Part shown: piece by piece, positions 29,239-37,883 of the stretch | Position numbering within the stretch: position 1 is the stretch's first letter | How the letters are laid out: the number at the start of each line of letters is the position of its first letter | Origin: a virus | Taxonomy: Duplodnaviria > Caudoviricetes | Direction: 5' to 3' (one strand) | Length of the DNA: 54,445 nucleotides | IMG/VR virus record: IMGVR_UViG_3300030333_003568 | Location: 1 to 54,445 of that record | The notes under the pieces: generated by a model | What the model was told of the DNA's origin: nothing | The model's database searches: none | What the model saw: only the letters and a program-made list of their open reading frames with translations | Position numbers and translations under genes: made by a program

Positions 29239-29664
29239 ATGTTTACAAGAGTAAAGCTATCAAATGGCTTAACTGTAGCCAATTTTTCATCACCACATTC
29301 ATTTAAATTTACAACAGGTGAAATATTGGAAAAGTGTAGTCCTAATTGGTCAAGGGAAATGTCTCTTGATATAAAAGAATCTGAAAAGCAAATGGTTCTT
29401 AAAGATGGAACTAAAAGTTGGACAGATGTTTTATTAACAATAAGCATACCAAAAAATGTTTTATACAATTTAGCTCCAATAGTAGAGCTTGAATCAATAG
29501 ATATAGTAATTGTTCCACTTATGGTATTAAGAGCAATTCAATCTCTTGATGAGGATACATGGGAGCAAGAGAATTTGAAAAAGATACTGCTTTCAAAATG
29601 CAGAACTGTCAGAATAGCTGATAGGGTTACAAAAGAAATATATCCAGATAAATTCTGTATTTAA
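29239..29664 (+). CDS. Hypothetical early protein
   Basis: GGGAG SD; 141 aa. Confidence 0.65.
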   Translation: MFTRVKLSNGLTVANFSSPHSFKFTTGEILEKCSPNWSREMSLDIKESEKQMVLKDGTKSWTDVLLTISIPKNVLYNLAPIVELESIDIVIVPLMVLRAIQSLDEDTWEQENLKKILLSKCRTVRIADRVTKEIYPDKFCI

Positions 29665-29683
29665 TTCCGTACTCCCTAGTACA

Positions 29684-29736
29684 GGTGGTGATGATTGTTT
29701 ATAGACATGGTTTCATGATTCACCACCATTTTTTTA
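29684..29736 (+). terminator. Hairpin plus T-run
   Basis: GGTGGTGA...TCACCACC-ATTTTTTT, large loop. Confidence 0.5.
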
Positions 29737-29827
29737 TTTAGAGAAGTTTAGCATCCATTAGTACTTGTGGGATTGCACATAAAGGTCAGCCCTTTATCTT
29801 CTCTATAAAATTTAAAGGGGAAATATT

Positions 29828-30016
29828 ATGTTTGAAGGAAATATAACTAAAACAATTTATTATAATGAAGATTTACTTAAAAATTTAAAAAAATTAAAAG
29901 CTTTTCTTAAAAAAGTTAAGCCACAAGATTATTATGTTAGAGGATTTGAAGATTCTAGGATAATAATGATTGAAGTTGTTGAAATAATAATAAAAAAACT
30001 AGAGGAGGAAAAATAA
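29828..30016 (+). CDS. Hypothetical protein
   Basis: AGGGG SD; 62 aa. Confidence 0.55.
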   Translation: MFEGNITKTIYYNEDLLKNLKKLKAFLKKVKPQDYYVRGFEDSRIIMIEVVEIIIKKLEEEK

Positions 30017-30017
30017 T

Positions 30018-30179
30018 ATGCTAAAAGGTATATTAATATTTATTGTTATGTTAATACATATAATGTTTGGATTCTTTTTAATGAAAATATGGGAAGACAG
30101 ACATATTTGGAAAAATGATAAATCTAATGAATTAATGAGCAAAGTAGATGATTATATAAGCTCAGAATCTTGGAAATAA
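30018..30179 (+). CDS. 53-aa single-TM protein
   Basis: GAGGAGG SD; MLKGILIFIVMLIHIMFGFFLMKIWE... Confidence 0.5.
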   Translation: MLKGILIFIVMLIHIMFGFFLMKIWEDRHIWKNDKSNELMSKVDDYISSESWK

Positions 30180-30180
30180 T

Positions 30181-30363
30181 ATGTTAAATAAAGTAACTAA
30201 AAAACAAATTAACGATGCTTTTGAATATTTTATGGACACTGGAAGATTAGAAGAAGTTAATTCAGACGACAGGTATTATATTAAAGTATTATTAAAATCA
30301 ATAGCAAATGAACAAAATGTAAAATTAATATTTGGAGAAGAAGATGAGCAATCTAAATCTTAA
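30181..30363 (+). CDS. Hypothetical protein
   Basis: Tightly packed 60-aa ORF. Confidence 0.55.
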   Translation: MLNKVTKKQINDAFEYFMDTGRLEEVNSDDRYYIKVLLKSIANEQNVKLIFGEEDEQSKS

Positions 30364-30571
30364 AAAGAAAGACGATGTGTTTATTAAATTAACAAAATGT
30401 TTAGATAAATGTAATTCAGTTCGTAATCTTAGCAACTGGGAAGACAAAGCTCTTAATGATGGTTGGATAATGGCATTAAAATGGGTATTAGGGTACGATG
30501 AATTAAATAATTCTGAAGAATTATATCTTGACAACTTAGATGATAATGAAATAGATATGAATAAATTATAA
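30345..30571 (+). CDS. Hypothetical protein (start approximate, MSNLNLKK)
   Basis: GGAG SD; GWIMALKWVL motif common in small phage proteins. Confidence 0.5.
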
Positions 30572-30583
30572 AAAGGAATAAAA

Positions 30584-30760
30584 ATGAAACCAATAAAAGA
30601 AAAAAAAGAAGTATCTAGATATAGATTACAATCTGTTAATATAAAAGAGATTATTAATAAATATCCAGATAAAGTAGTAGATGTTTATAATGAAGGAAAA
30701 CACGCTGTTTTACAATTATCAAACATGAAAATAAAATTCTTAAATAAAAGGAGTAATTAA
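30584..30760 (+). CDS. 58-aa hypothetical protein
   Basis: AAGGA SD; MKPIKEKKEVSRYRLQ... Confidence 0.5.
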   Translation: MKPIKEKKEVSRYRLQSVNIKEIINKYPDKVVDVYNEGKHAVLQLSNMKIKFLNKRSN

Positions 30761-30761
30761 T

Positions 30762-31364
30762 ATGGGATTCGATTTAACTGGTTTAAACCCAAATAATCCA
30801 AATAACGCTGTACAGCCTTCAATAGATTGGAGTTCAAATCCAACACAAGAAGAAACAAATAAATATTTTGAAAAGATGGATAAATATCATACTGAAGTTC
30901 CAGGTAATTACTTTAGAAACAATGTATGGTATTGGAGACCGTTATGGGATTTTGTTTGTTCAACTTGTTATGATATATTAACAGAAAAAGATATGGAAGG
31001 TGGAAGCTTCAATGATGGACATGAAATATCTAAAACAAAAGCAATAAGAATAGCAAACAGATTAAAAAAGATGGATAAATTAGGCACTTTAGACAAATCA
31101 GAAGATACATATAAAAAGCAAAAAATTCATTGTGATAAGCATAATAAAAAAATAGAAAAGAAAATGAATAATCTTAAAAAAGAAGTTGTAGAATTAACAA
31201 AAGATAAAAATATAGCACCAAAGGATTATCCAAGACTTTATAAAAAAGAATGGGATAGATTGTACAATCAAAAAAAATGGACTTCTTCTTATCCATTTGA
31301 TGCTGAAAATGTAAGAGCTTTTATAATTTTCTGTGAAAATAGCGGAGGGTTTGTAATATGCTAG
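30762..31364 (+). CDS. Phage hypothetical protein
   Basis: MGFDL...YFRNNVWYWRPLW...FCENSGGF; AAGGAG SD. Confidence 0.7.
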   Translation: MGFDLTGLNPNNPNNAVQPSIDWSSNPTQEETNKYFEKMDKYHTEVPGNYFRNNVWYWRPLWDFVCSTCYDILTEKDMEGGSFNDGHEISKTKAIRIANRLKKMDKLGTLDKSEDTYKKQKIHCDKHNKKIEKKMNNLKKEVVELTKDKNIAPKDYPRLYKKEWDRLYNQKKWTSSYPFDAENVRAFIIFCENSGGFVIC

Positions 31365-31672
31365 GAAAAAAATTAGAACACAGAGTAAAATCTTTGTTAG
31401 CTGAAGATAAAAAATATCAAAGATCTGATTTGGTTTTAATGTCTAGAATATGGTTTGATGATATAAATAGAATACATTATAATAATATAGACGATGTTTC
31501 AGCTGTTAGATTTCTTATGCTATTAAGAGATGGAGCTTTGACAAAATCAGAATCAGTTACTAGATGCAGAAGAAAACTTCAGCAAAAATATCCTGAATTA
31601 AGAGATGAAAAAGTTTATCAAGGTAGAAAGGATAAAGAAAAAGAAATGAGAGAAAGCTCTCAATATTATTAA
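31358..31672 (+). CDS. Phage hypothetical protein (possible HTH)
   Basis: ESVTRCRRKLQQKYPELR motif. Confidence 0.6.
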   Translation: MLGKKLEHRVKSLLAEDKKYQRSDLVLMSRIWFDDINRIHYNNIDDVSAVRFLMLLRDGALTKSESVTRCRRKLQQKYPELRDEKVYQGRKDKEKEMRESSQYY

Positions 31673-31679
31673 TTATATT

Positions 31680-31717
31680 GCCCCTAAGTTTAGATATTAT
31701 TAAATTTAGGGGCTTTT
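31680..31717 (+). terminator. Intrinsic terminator
   Basis: GCCCCTAAGTTTA...TAAATTTAGGGGC-TTTT. Confidence 0.7.
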
Positions 31718-31732
31718 CCAAAGGGAGATACA

Positions 31733-32473
31733 ATGAATTTAGAATCAATTTACGCTGGTTATTTAAATAAAAAACAAGATTTAAACAGAGAAAAATATAA
31801 AGGTTATGATGGATGGCACTCTGCTTCACAAGCTGGTTCGTGTTTTAAGAAATTAGCATTAAGAAGTGAAGGTGTTCCAGAACCTGCTATGGAAAATAGA
31901 GTTATGAGGCTACTTCGTCTTGGAACTATAGTACATGGTGATATAGAAAAATCAATAAAAGATTATATGGATGATCCAAATTCGGATTACAAAAATTCTA
32001 AATCTGTAATTCATACAGAAAAAAAAGTAGAAATACCAGAATTTAAAGTATTAGGTCATCTTGACATAGCAATACATAATACAGAATATAAGTTTGCCAA
32101 AATAATAGATGTAAAAACTTGTGGCAGCTATCCGTGGAAAATGAAATTTGGTAGAAAGCCAGACCCTAATGCTAATACAAATTATAATTTACAATTATCA
32201 ACATACGCATACGCATTTGCAGAAGAAAATAATATTTACTTAGACGATATTGAAATGTCTTTGTTTTGGTATAATAAAGATACAAGTGCTGTTAAAGAAA
32301 TGATTGTTTCTAATGATTGGATTGAACAAGCATTAGAATATTGGGAAGATTTAAGAGAATATACAGATGGAGTAAAATCAGAAGATTTAAAAGTCGGAAG
32401 TTATGGTGTTCCTATGCAAAATTGGGAATGTAGATATTGCTCTTATAAAGACATACACTGTAAGGGAATTTAA
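31733..32473 (+). CDS. Cas4-like PD-(D/E)xK exonuclease with Fe-S cysteines
   Basis: SASQ..SC, GTIVH, GHLD, IDVKT, QLSTY, CRYC...C. Confidence 0.85.
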   Translation: MNLESIYAGYLNKKQDLNREKYKGYDGWHSASQAGSCFKKLALRSEGVPEPAMENRVMRLLRLGTIVHGDIEKSIKDYMDDPNSDYKNSKSVIHTEKKVEIPEFKVLGHLDIAIHNTEYKFAKIIDVKTCGSYPWKMKFGRKPDPNANTNYNLQLSTYAYAFAEENNIYLDDIEMSLFWYNKDTSAVKEMIVSNDWIEQALEYWEDLREYTDGVKSEDLKVGSYGVPMQNWECRYCSYKDIHCKGI

Positions 32474-32500
32474 AAACTTAATAATAGAAAGGAAGGTTGA

Positions 32501-33115
32501 ATGTCAGAAACAATAATGACTTTAAACAATAATGAGCTTACTTTAGATACAGTTAAAGAAAGTTTAAACCAAATAACTAAACAACATAAAAGAATTAGCA
32601 GAATAAAAACACCAAAAGGTCTAGTAAAGAAAAAACAAGGCTTTGATTATGTTGAGCTTAGTTATATGAAAAAAATTGCAAATGAGCAATTTCCAGGATG
32701 GTCTTGGAAAATTATAAACTCAGAAGCTTTAGGCAGTAATGCATATGTAGTTCACGGCAGATTAAAATGGTTTGATAATGGAGTTTGGAGAGAAGGTGAT
32801 ATGGTAGCTGCCCATAGAATACAAACTAAGAAAAATGTTAATCCACCTGAATTTGTTGATATTGGTAATGATATTAAATCTGCAAATACAGACACTATGA
32901 AAAAAGCATTTAATGTGTATATGGATATAGCATCTGATGTTTATAGAAGTGAAGATCCAACTTTGGATGATAATCAAATAGAGAAGCTAATAGAAGCTTC
33001 TAAAGGTACTTCAGTAGAAGACTCTATATCTGAAAAAATAGAAAATAAAGAGATAAATAATAACAACTATAAAGCGAGTTTAGCAAAACTCAGGAGGTTA
33101 GGAAAAAATGAATAG
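32501..33115 (+). CDS. Rad52/Sak-like single-strand annealing protein
   Basis: GFDYVE...ANEQFPGWSW...KSANTDTMKKA...IASDVY. Confidence 0.75.
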   Translation: MSETIMTLNNNELTLDTVKESLNQITKQHKRISRIKTPKGLVKKKQGFDYVELSYMKKIANEQFPGWSWKIINSEALGSNAYVVHGRLKWFDNGVWREGDMVAAHRIQTKKNVNPPEFVDIGNDIKSANTDTMKKAFNVYMDIASDVYRSEDPTLDDNQIEKLIEASKGTSVEDSISEKIENKEINNNNYKASLAKLRRLGKNE

Positions 33116-33359
33116 ATTTGAATCAAATGAAAAACTACTTGTTGAAGGACTTGAATATTCAGTAGGAACAAGTGATGGAAAGGTTTTTAATAGAATAATA
33201 TATAAAGGAACTAAAAACTTTGGCGGAAAGAATATGATGTGTTTTGAAACTGAAAATAAAAATCAAGTAACTATAAATCCAAGTTATAATTCATTTACAA
33301 TAGAAGAAAACGGGCAATTTCCTATGCCCGAAGACCTTAAAATAAAGGAGGGGAAATAA
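33108..33359 (+). CDS. Hypothetical protein
   Basis: GGAGG SD; in recombination operon. Confidence 0.6.
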   Translation: MNRFESNEKLLVEGLEYSVGTSDGKVFNRIIYKGTKNFGGKNMMCFETENKNQVTINPSYNSFTIEENGQFPMPEDLKIKEGK

Positions 33360-33361
33360 TA

Positions 33362-33634
33362 ATGGGAAAACTAACAGTAGCTGAAACTGAAGCACTACAA
33401 AAAGCAGGTGTACTAACAAAAAAAGCAGTAACTGAAATGCAAGAAAAAGGACTTGTCTCTACAAGACGCAAGAATAATAGAAGGTATATCAAAACTGCAA
33501 ATGGAAATCTTGTTTCACCACAATTGTATTTTCAAGGAATTGGAAAAGACAAATATAGTAATGAAATGAGTGAGCTTAAAGAAAAGTTCAATGCTCTCGT
33601 AGTAAAATACACAACAACTAAAAATAATAAATAG
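33362..33634 (+). CDS. Basic hypothetical protein (possible DNA-binding)
   Basis: GGAGG SD; Lys/Arg-rich. Confidence 0.6.
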   Translation: MGKLTVAETEALQKAGVLTKKAVTEMQEKGLVSTRRKNNRRYIKTANGNLVSPQLYFQGIGKDKYSNEMSELKEKFNALVVKYTTTKNNK

Positions 33635-33649
33635 AAAGGACATTTTAAG

Positions 33650-34240
33650 ATGATCGAATTATCTGATACAACTTACAATGAAGAAAGGGATGGAATTATC
33701 CCTATAGTAGCAGGAACATATCCCGCTCATGTAGCAGGTCTTGAAAGTAAAGACTTAACTACCAAAGCTGGAGAACAGAAAGTTTTTAATATAACTTTCC
33801 TAGTTGCTGAAGAAGCTAGTAAAACAAAAGTTACCAAAATGGTTAAAAATGGCGATGGTCAAATGCATGAAGCAAAAGATGAAAATGGTAATCCAATAAC
33901 AATACAAGCTACCCACATGACTGGAAAAAGATTCAATTCTACTGGTATATGGTTAACACCAAGCCCAGAAGCTGGTCAAGGGTGGAAAAATCGCAAATAC
34001 AAAGAGTTCTTTGAAAATCTAGGAGTTATATTCCCAGAAAATAAAGACGGAGATACTGTGTTAGCTGAGGTTGAAGAAAGTGATGTAATAGGTAATCCAT
34101 GTTTTATTAAATTAGGACAAGAAACTTATACAAAAGATGGCGAAGAAAGAAGCGTTTGGAAAGTATTTGATGCTTTTACTTGGTCTGATGGACAAAAATT
34201 GTCTGAAGATGAAGTAGTAGTAGACGATCTTCCATTTTAA
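33650..34240 (+). CDS. Single-stranded DNA-binding protein (DUF669-like)
   Basis: IVAGTYPAHV N-terminal motif; acidic DDLPF tail; follows annealase. Confidence 0.75.
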   Translation: MIELSDTTYNEERDGIIPIVAGTYPAHVAGLESKDLTTKAGEQKVFNITFLVAEEASKTKVTKMVKNGDGQMHEAKDENGNPITIQATHMTGKRFNSTGIWLTPSPEAGQGWKNRKYKEFFENLGVIFPENKDGDTVLAEVEESDVIGNPCFIKLGQETYTKDGEERSVWKVFDAFTWSDGQKLSEDEVVVDDLPF

Positions 34241-34253
34241 AATACCGCATCCT

Positions 34254-34798
34254 AATAAAAGAGAGAGTTTGTTTGAATTTCATTTTCCTTTTGATTAAAA
34301 AAAATCAATCTTATAGATTGTTCTCTCTCTTTTTATTTAGTGGCATTGGATAATTGTTAACAAAAGTATGAATATTAGGATTATTTTTGTAACAAGTGAA
34401 ATTATATATTCTTTTTTGGTTGGCTCTAAGAAAGACCAGTGCCACCTAAAATTTAAATATAGGGATGGAAGTACCCGTAAGGACTTCATAGGTAAAGACT
34501 GTTTGGTATCCAGCCTCCTACCTAATGTTACATCCCTTATTAATAGGGGGGTTCTCGTTAAGTGGTTTATTCTACTTTCACCACTCTGAATTAACAGGCG
34601 TAAAACCGTGAGCAATCCCCCAATAATTATACAATGTCGGTCAGTTAAGTCTAGACGATTCAACTCCGTAAGCGAGCCGACTGTATGGGGCATAAAAATA
34701 AAAATAATAAGGAAAAAAAGTACTTAGCAAAGTAAATAAAAATGTTAGAATAATTTTTCTGCTTTGCTTTGGCTGTGGCAGTTATGCCTTTGCCCCAT
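34254..34798 (+). ncRNA. Tandem array of six stem-closed candidate small structured RNAs
   Basis: Six abutting, non-homologous units each closed by a 7-11 bp inverted repeat, most with internal hairpins. Confidence 0.55.
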
Positions 34799-34947
34799 TA
34801 AATTTTTCAATTAATCTTGGGAGTAGATATGAAAAAAAGAATTAAAATAGTATACAAAATAACTGTAACACTTTGGATATGGACAACAATAATATGGTTT
34901 TGGATGAATGGGTTTATATTCTTTGTAGCAAAATAAAAGGAGAAGTA

Positions 34948-35154
34948 GTGAATAGAGAAATAATACAATTAATGAAACAAAGATTACAAATAGGTAAAAA
35001 AGAATATGGGCAAGAAGTAGATGTATTTGATGGTAGAAGTTGGGAACAAGAAGCTTTAGAAGAGGCTTTAGACTGTTCTATTTATCTAAGCGCTGCTTTA
35101 TTAAAATTAATAAAATCAAAAAAGAAAGGAATACAAAATGACCCAGAATGTTAA
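34948..35154 (+). CDS. MazG-like/all-alpha NTP-PPase-like small protein
   Basis: GTG at 34948 after AAGGAG; GKKEYG...EALEEALDCSIY acidic pattern. Confidence 0.45.
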   Translation: MNREIIQLMKQRLQIGKKEYGQEVDVFDGRSWEQEALEEALDCSIYLSAALLKLIKSKKKGIQNDPEC

Positions 35155-35299
35155 TAAAAATGGATATAAAAAATATCAAGTTCCAAATGAAGCTATGTTT
35201 GGAAAACACGCTGGTGTAAATTTCTACGCCAAAAATAATGAAGATAAGAATCTTTATTTAATTAAATTATTAGATCAACCAGAGGATAAAAATGCTTAG
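35138..35299 (+). CDS. 53-aa hypothetical protein
   Basis: AAGGA SD; MTQNVNKNGYKKY... Confidence 0.5.
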   Translation: MTQNVNKNGYKKYQVPNEAMFGKHAGVNFYAKNNEDKNLYLIKLLDQPEDKNA

Positions 35300-35471
35300 A
35301 TATTATTGGGAAGCTATCTTTTCTGTTGAATATTTTCCATATTGGGAATTTTCAATATTGGCTGTTGTGTTTTTACATTTAAGGTCTTTAATAAGAATGG
35401 AAAAGCTTCAAAAAAAAGTAGACGAAATACAAGAAATAATGTCTGATTTGCTCAATGAAATTGTCGAATAA
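35292..35471 (+). CDS. 59-aa membrane-associated hypothetical protein
   Basis: GAGGA SD; MLRYYWEAIFSVEYFPYWEFSILAVVFL... Confidence 0.5.
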   Translation: MLRYYWEAIFSVEYFPYWEFSILAVVFLHLRSLIRMEKLQKKVDEIQEIMSDLLNEIVE

Positions 35472-35742
35472 ATTAACACTTAAACCTCACAGAAAAGTCA
35501 AAGCAATAGATAGATTAACCAAAAAAGCATTAAAAGATAAACCAAAATGGAAACCATCTAAAGGATATAAATATTTAAAAGATTTAGAACCTGGTACAAT
35601 ATTTAAAGTCGGAGAAATGAAAGGAATTTTACTAGAATCTAGTGTAAATGCTAAAGTAATAATAATAGAATCAGCGGGTAATGAAAGTTCATCTCTTGGG
35701 AAAAAACTTATATCCGCTCATACAGAAGTAAAGGAGGTATAA
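35455..35742 (+). CDS. Hypothetical protein
   Basis: 95 aa, basic N-terminus; start uncertain. Confidence 0.55.
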   Translation: MKLSNKLTLKPHRKVKAIDRLTKKALKDKPKWKPSKGYKYLKDLEPGTIFKVGEMKGILLESSVNAKVIIIESAGNESSSLGKKLISAHTEVKEV

Positions 35743-35957
35743 TGCCTACACCATTTATGTGTCATGAATGTGATTCACCCACGATGAATAGAAATGGAAT
35801 ATGTAATAATTGCATAGAACCAACAACAGCAGATGAATTTAATAAAGCATTATATAAAAAAAATAAAAATATTTTATTTACATCTTTAAAAAAAATTGAT
35901 AAAAAAGTTCATAATCACAAATTGGGAATAGGATTTTCTCAGAAAGACTATAAATAA
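35742..35957 (+). CDS. Small Zn-finger protein
   Basis: CHEC...CNNC; AGGAGG SD. Confidence 0.6.
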   Translation: MPTPFMCHECDSPTMNRNGICNNCIEPTTADEFNKALYKKNKNILFTSLKKIDKKVHNHKLGIGFSQKDYK

Positions 35958-35958
35958 A

Positions 35959-36162
35959 ATGGAAGAAAACACTAAAGTAACTACAACTCCAGATAAAAGA
36001 CCAGCTATGGCATTTGATAGAAGAAAAGAAATTATGGTTATAATGAATGCTCTTGAAAATTATAGAAATGAATACGCTTTAGAGAGCATTGATTACTCAG
36101 TAGAAATTGAACATCTTAAAAAAGAATTTCAAAAACTTTATAAGATGTTTGATAAAAAATGA
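35959..36162 (+). CDS. Hypothetical protein
   Basis: Packed 67-aa ORF. Confidence 0.55.
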   Translation: MEENTKVTTTPDKRPAMAFDRRKEIMVIMNALENYRNEYALESIDYSVEIEHLKKEFQKLYKMFDKK

Positions 36163-36179
36163 TAATATAAAAGAAGCAG

Positions 36180-36395
36180 TTGCTTCGGAAGGAAATTATG
36201 ATATATCTTGACCCAACGATAATAAGAACAAAAACATCTAAAACTCTTTTAAACTTATTAAGTAAATGTGAAAAATATTTAAAACAACATGATAGCATAG
36301 AATCTATCTCAATACAATCTGACATTAATAGAGCAAAAGAAATTTATAAAGAAGAAATAGGGAGAATTTATTATAAAAAAAGAGGAGAAATATAA
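36180..36395 (+). CDS. Hypothetical protein (start probably ATG 36198)
   Basis: AAGGA SD before MIYLDP. Confidence 0.5.
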   Translation: MLRKEIMIYLDPTIIRTKTSKTLLNLLSKCEKYLKQHDSIESISIQSDINRAKEIYKEEIGRIYYKKRGEI

Positions 36396-36610
36396 TGGGA
36401 AGTATGTCTTATATAAGTTATTTATGCGAACATAAAAAAGAAAAAGAATTAATAGAATTATTAGATAAAGACAGAATAACTAGATTAACTGGAAAATCAG
36501 CAAAAGAACTTGCACATGGATTTATAAAAGCACATAATAGTATAAAAGAAAACAAAGATGATCCAGCTTATAAAAAGCTAAATGAAATACACAAAAATTA
36601 TAATAAATGA
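36395..36610 (+). CDS. Hypothetical protein
   Basis: AGGAG SD, TAATG coupling. Confidence 0.6.
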   Translation: MGSMSYISYLCEHKKEKELIELLDKDRITRLTGKSAKELAHGFIKAHNSIKENKDDPAYKKLNEIHKNYNK

Positions 36611-36987
36611 TCTGTCCTTGTTGTGGCTACACAGATGAGGTAAAATATAATCCTAGTAAAAAAATAAGAGAATTAAGAGGTAAAAGAACACGGCATACTA
36701 AAAAGCTTTTAAGACAAGCGATAAATTTAATACAAACAAATATACCTAGCGAAAATAATATAAACTCAGAATATTATTTATATCAATCAATATCAAAAAT
36801 AAAAGACAAAGTAATAGATTGGTCAGTTTCTCAATTTATAAGCAATAAATACTATCTTAAAGGAAAAGGATTTAAATATCTATCTAGTATAATTGTTAAT
36901 CATAATAAAAATAGAGATACTGTTAGCAAACATGAACTTCTGCAGCATGGCAAACCGCCATCTGTAGTTAAAATAAAGGAGGGTTAA
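36607..36987 (+). CDS. CxxC-containing protein, possibly replication-associated
   Basis: MICPCCG N-terminus; FKYLSSII weakly DnaD-like. Confidence 0.45.
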   Translation: MICPCCGYTDEVKYNPSKKIRELRGKRTRHTKKLLRQAINLIQTNIPSENNINSEYYLYQSISKIKDKVIDWSVSQFISNKYYLKGKGFKYLSSIIVNHNKNRDTVSKHELLQHGKPPSVVKIKEG

Positions 36988-37781
36988 TGTTAGAATCAAC
37001 ATTATTTCCAGTAAAAGAAATGCCTGCTTATTGGGAACAAACTAATAAAAACAAAGGTAATGGAACTAGCGTTAGAGAAATGGCAACTGGATATAAATTC
37101 ATAATAAGAGAAGATACAAATGAAGTACTAAGTTGCATGACAAATGATTATAGAATGGTAACAAATAAAGAAATAATAGATACGGCTGTCCCAATATTAA
37201 AAAAACATAAAGCAGAATTAAAAGAATCAGTAGTCTTAGCTCATGGAAGAAAAACTGTTTACAAATGGATAATACCAGATTATAAAATAAGAATATCTAA
37301 AGATGATGTTTTAAACCCAGAGATTATAATAAATAATAGTTACGATGGAAGTCTTCAAGTTCACATATTAGGAGGAGCATTTAGAATTGTATGTTCTAAT
37401 GGTCTTGTAATAGGTGTAACATTTGGAAAAGGGAATTTTAGACACAATGTAAACAATATAAATCTTGAACATTTAGATGAAAAAATAGAAAAAACAATAG
37501 AAAGAACAAGTAAAATGGCTAATGAGTTTGAATTGTTATCAGATACATCTTTAAACGAAAGACACATTATGAAATTGGTAGAGCTTTTCCCAACTCAAAT
37601 GTCTGAATTTATAGTGCAATATTTAATTGCTAATAAACCTAAGACTTATTGGGATTTGCTAAATTGCGGTACCTACATAGCATCTCATAAGATGAAAAGA
37701 AATTATCAAACAACTCATAAACTTGAGTCTCAACTGTTTGGAAGTGTAAACAAATGGGCTAAAGCAACAGCCAAAGCTTAA
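36987..37781 (+). CDS. DUF932 family protein
   Basis: NSYDGS...FRIVCSNG signature. Confidence 0.8.
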   Translation: MLESTLFPVKEMPAYWEQTNKNKGNGTSVREMATGYKFIIREDTNEVLSCMTNDYRMVTNKEIIDTAVPILKKHKAELKESVVLAHGRKTVYKWIIPDYKIRISKDDVLNPEIIINNSYDGSLQVHILGGAFRIVCSNGLVIGVTFGKGNFRHNVNNINLEHLDEKIEKTIERTSKMANEFELLSDTSLNERHIMKLVELFPTQMSEFIVQYLIANKPKTYWDLLNCGTYIASHKMKRNYQTTHKLESQLFGSVNKWAKATAKA

Positions 37782-37790
37782 TTAAACCAC

Positions 37791-37865
37791 GGGGGCAATT
37801 ATTGTATAGGTGTTAATATGCCTACCTATACACCCATTACTACTGCTAGGTGAATAGTTGCCCCC
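37791..37865 (+). ncRNA. Three-way-junction candidate RNA upstream of methylase
   Basis: 13-bp closing stem GGGGGCAATTATT/AATAGTTGCCCCC; inner GTATAGGT/ACCTATAC. Confidence 0.45.
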
Positions 37866-37883
37866 TAATTTAGGAGATAATAT

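Noticed and set aside
34337-34693. ORFs 34337..34693(-) and 34368..34589(+)
   Set aside because: No convincing SD, atypical composition; better explained by the stem-loop array
34254-34798. CRISPR array or tRNA cluster
   Set aside because: No direct repeats; no TTCGA T-loops or cloverleaves seen
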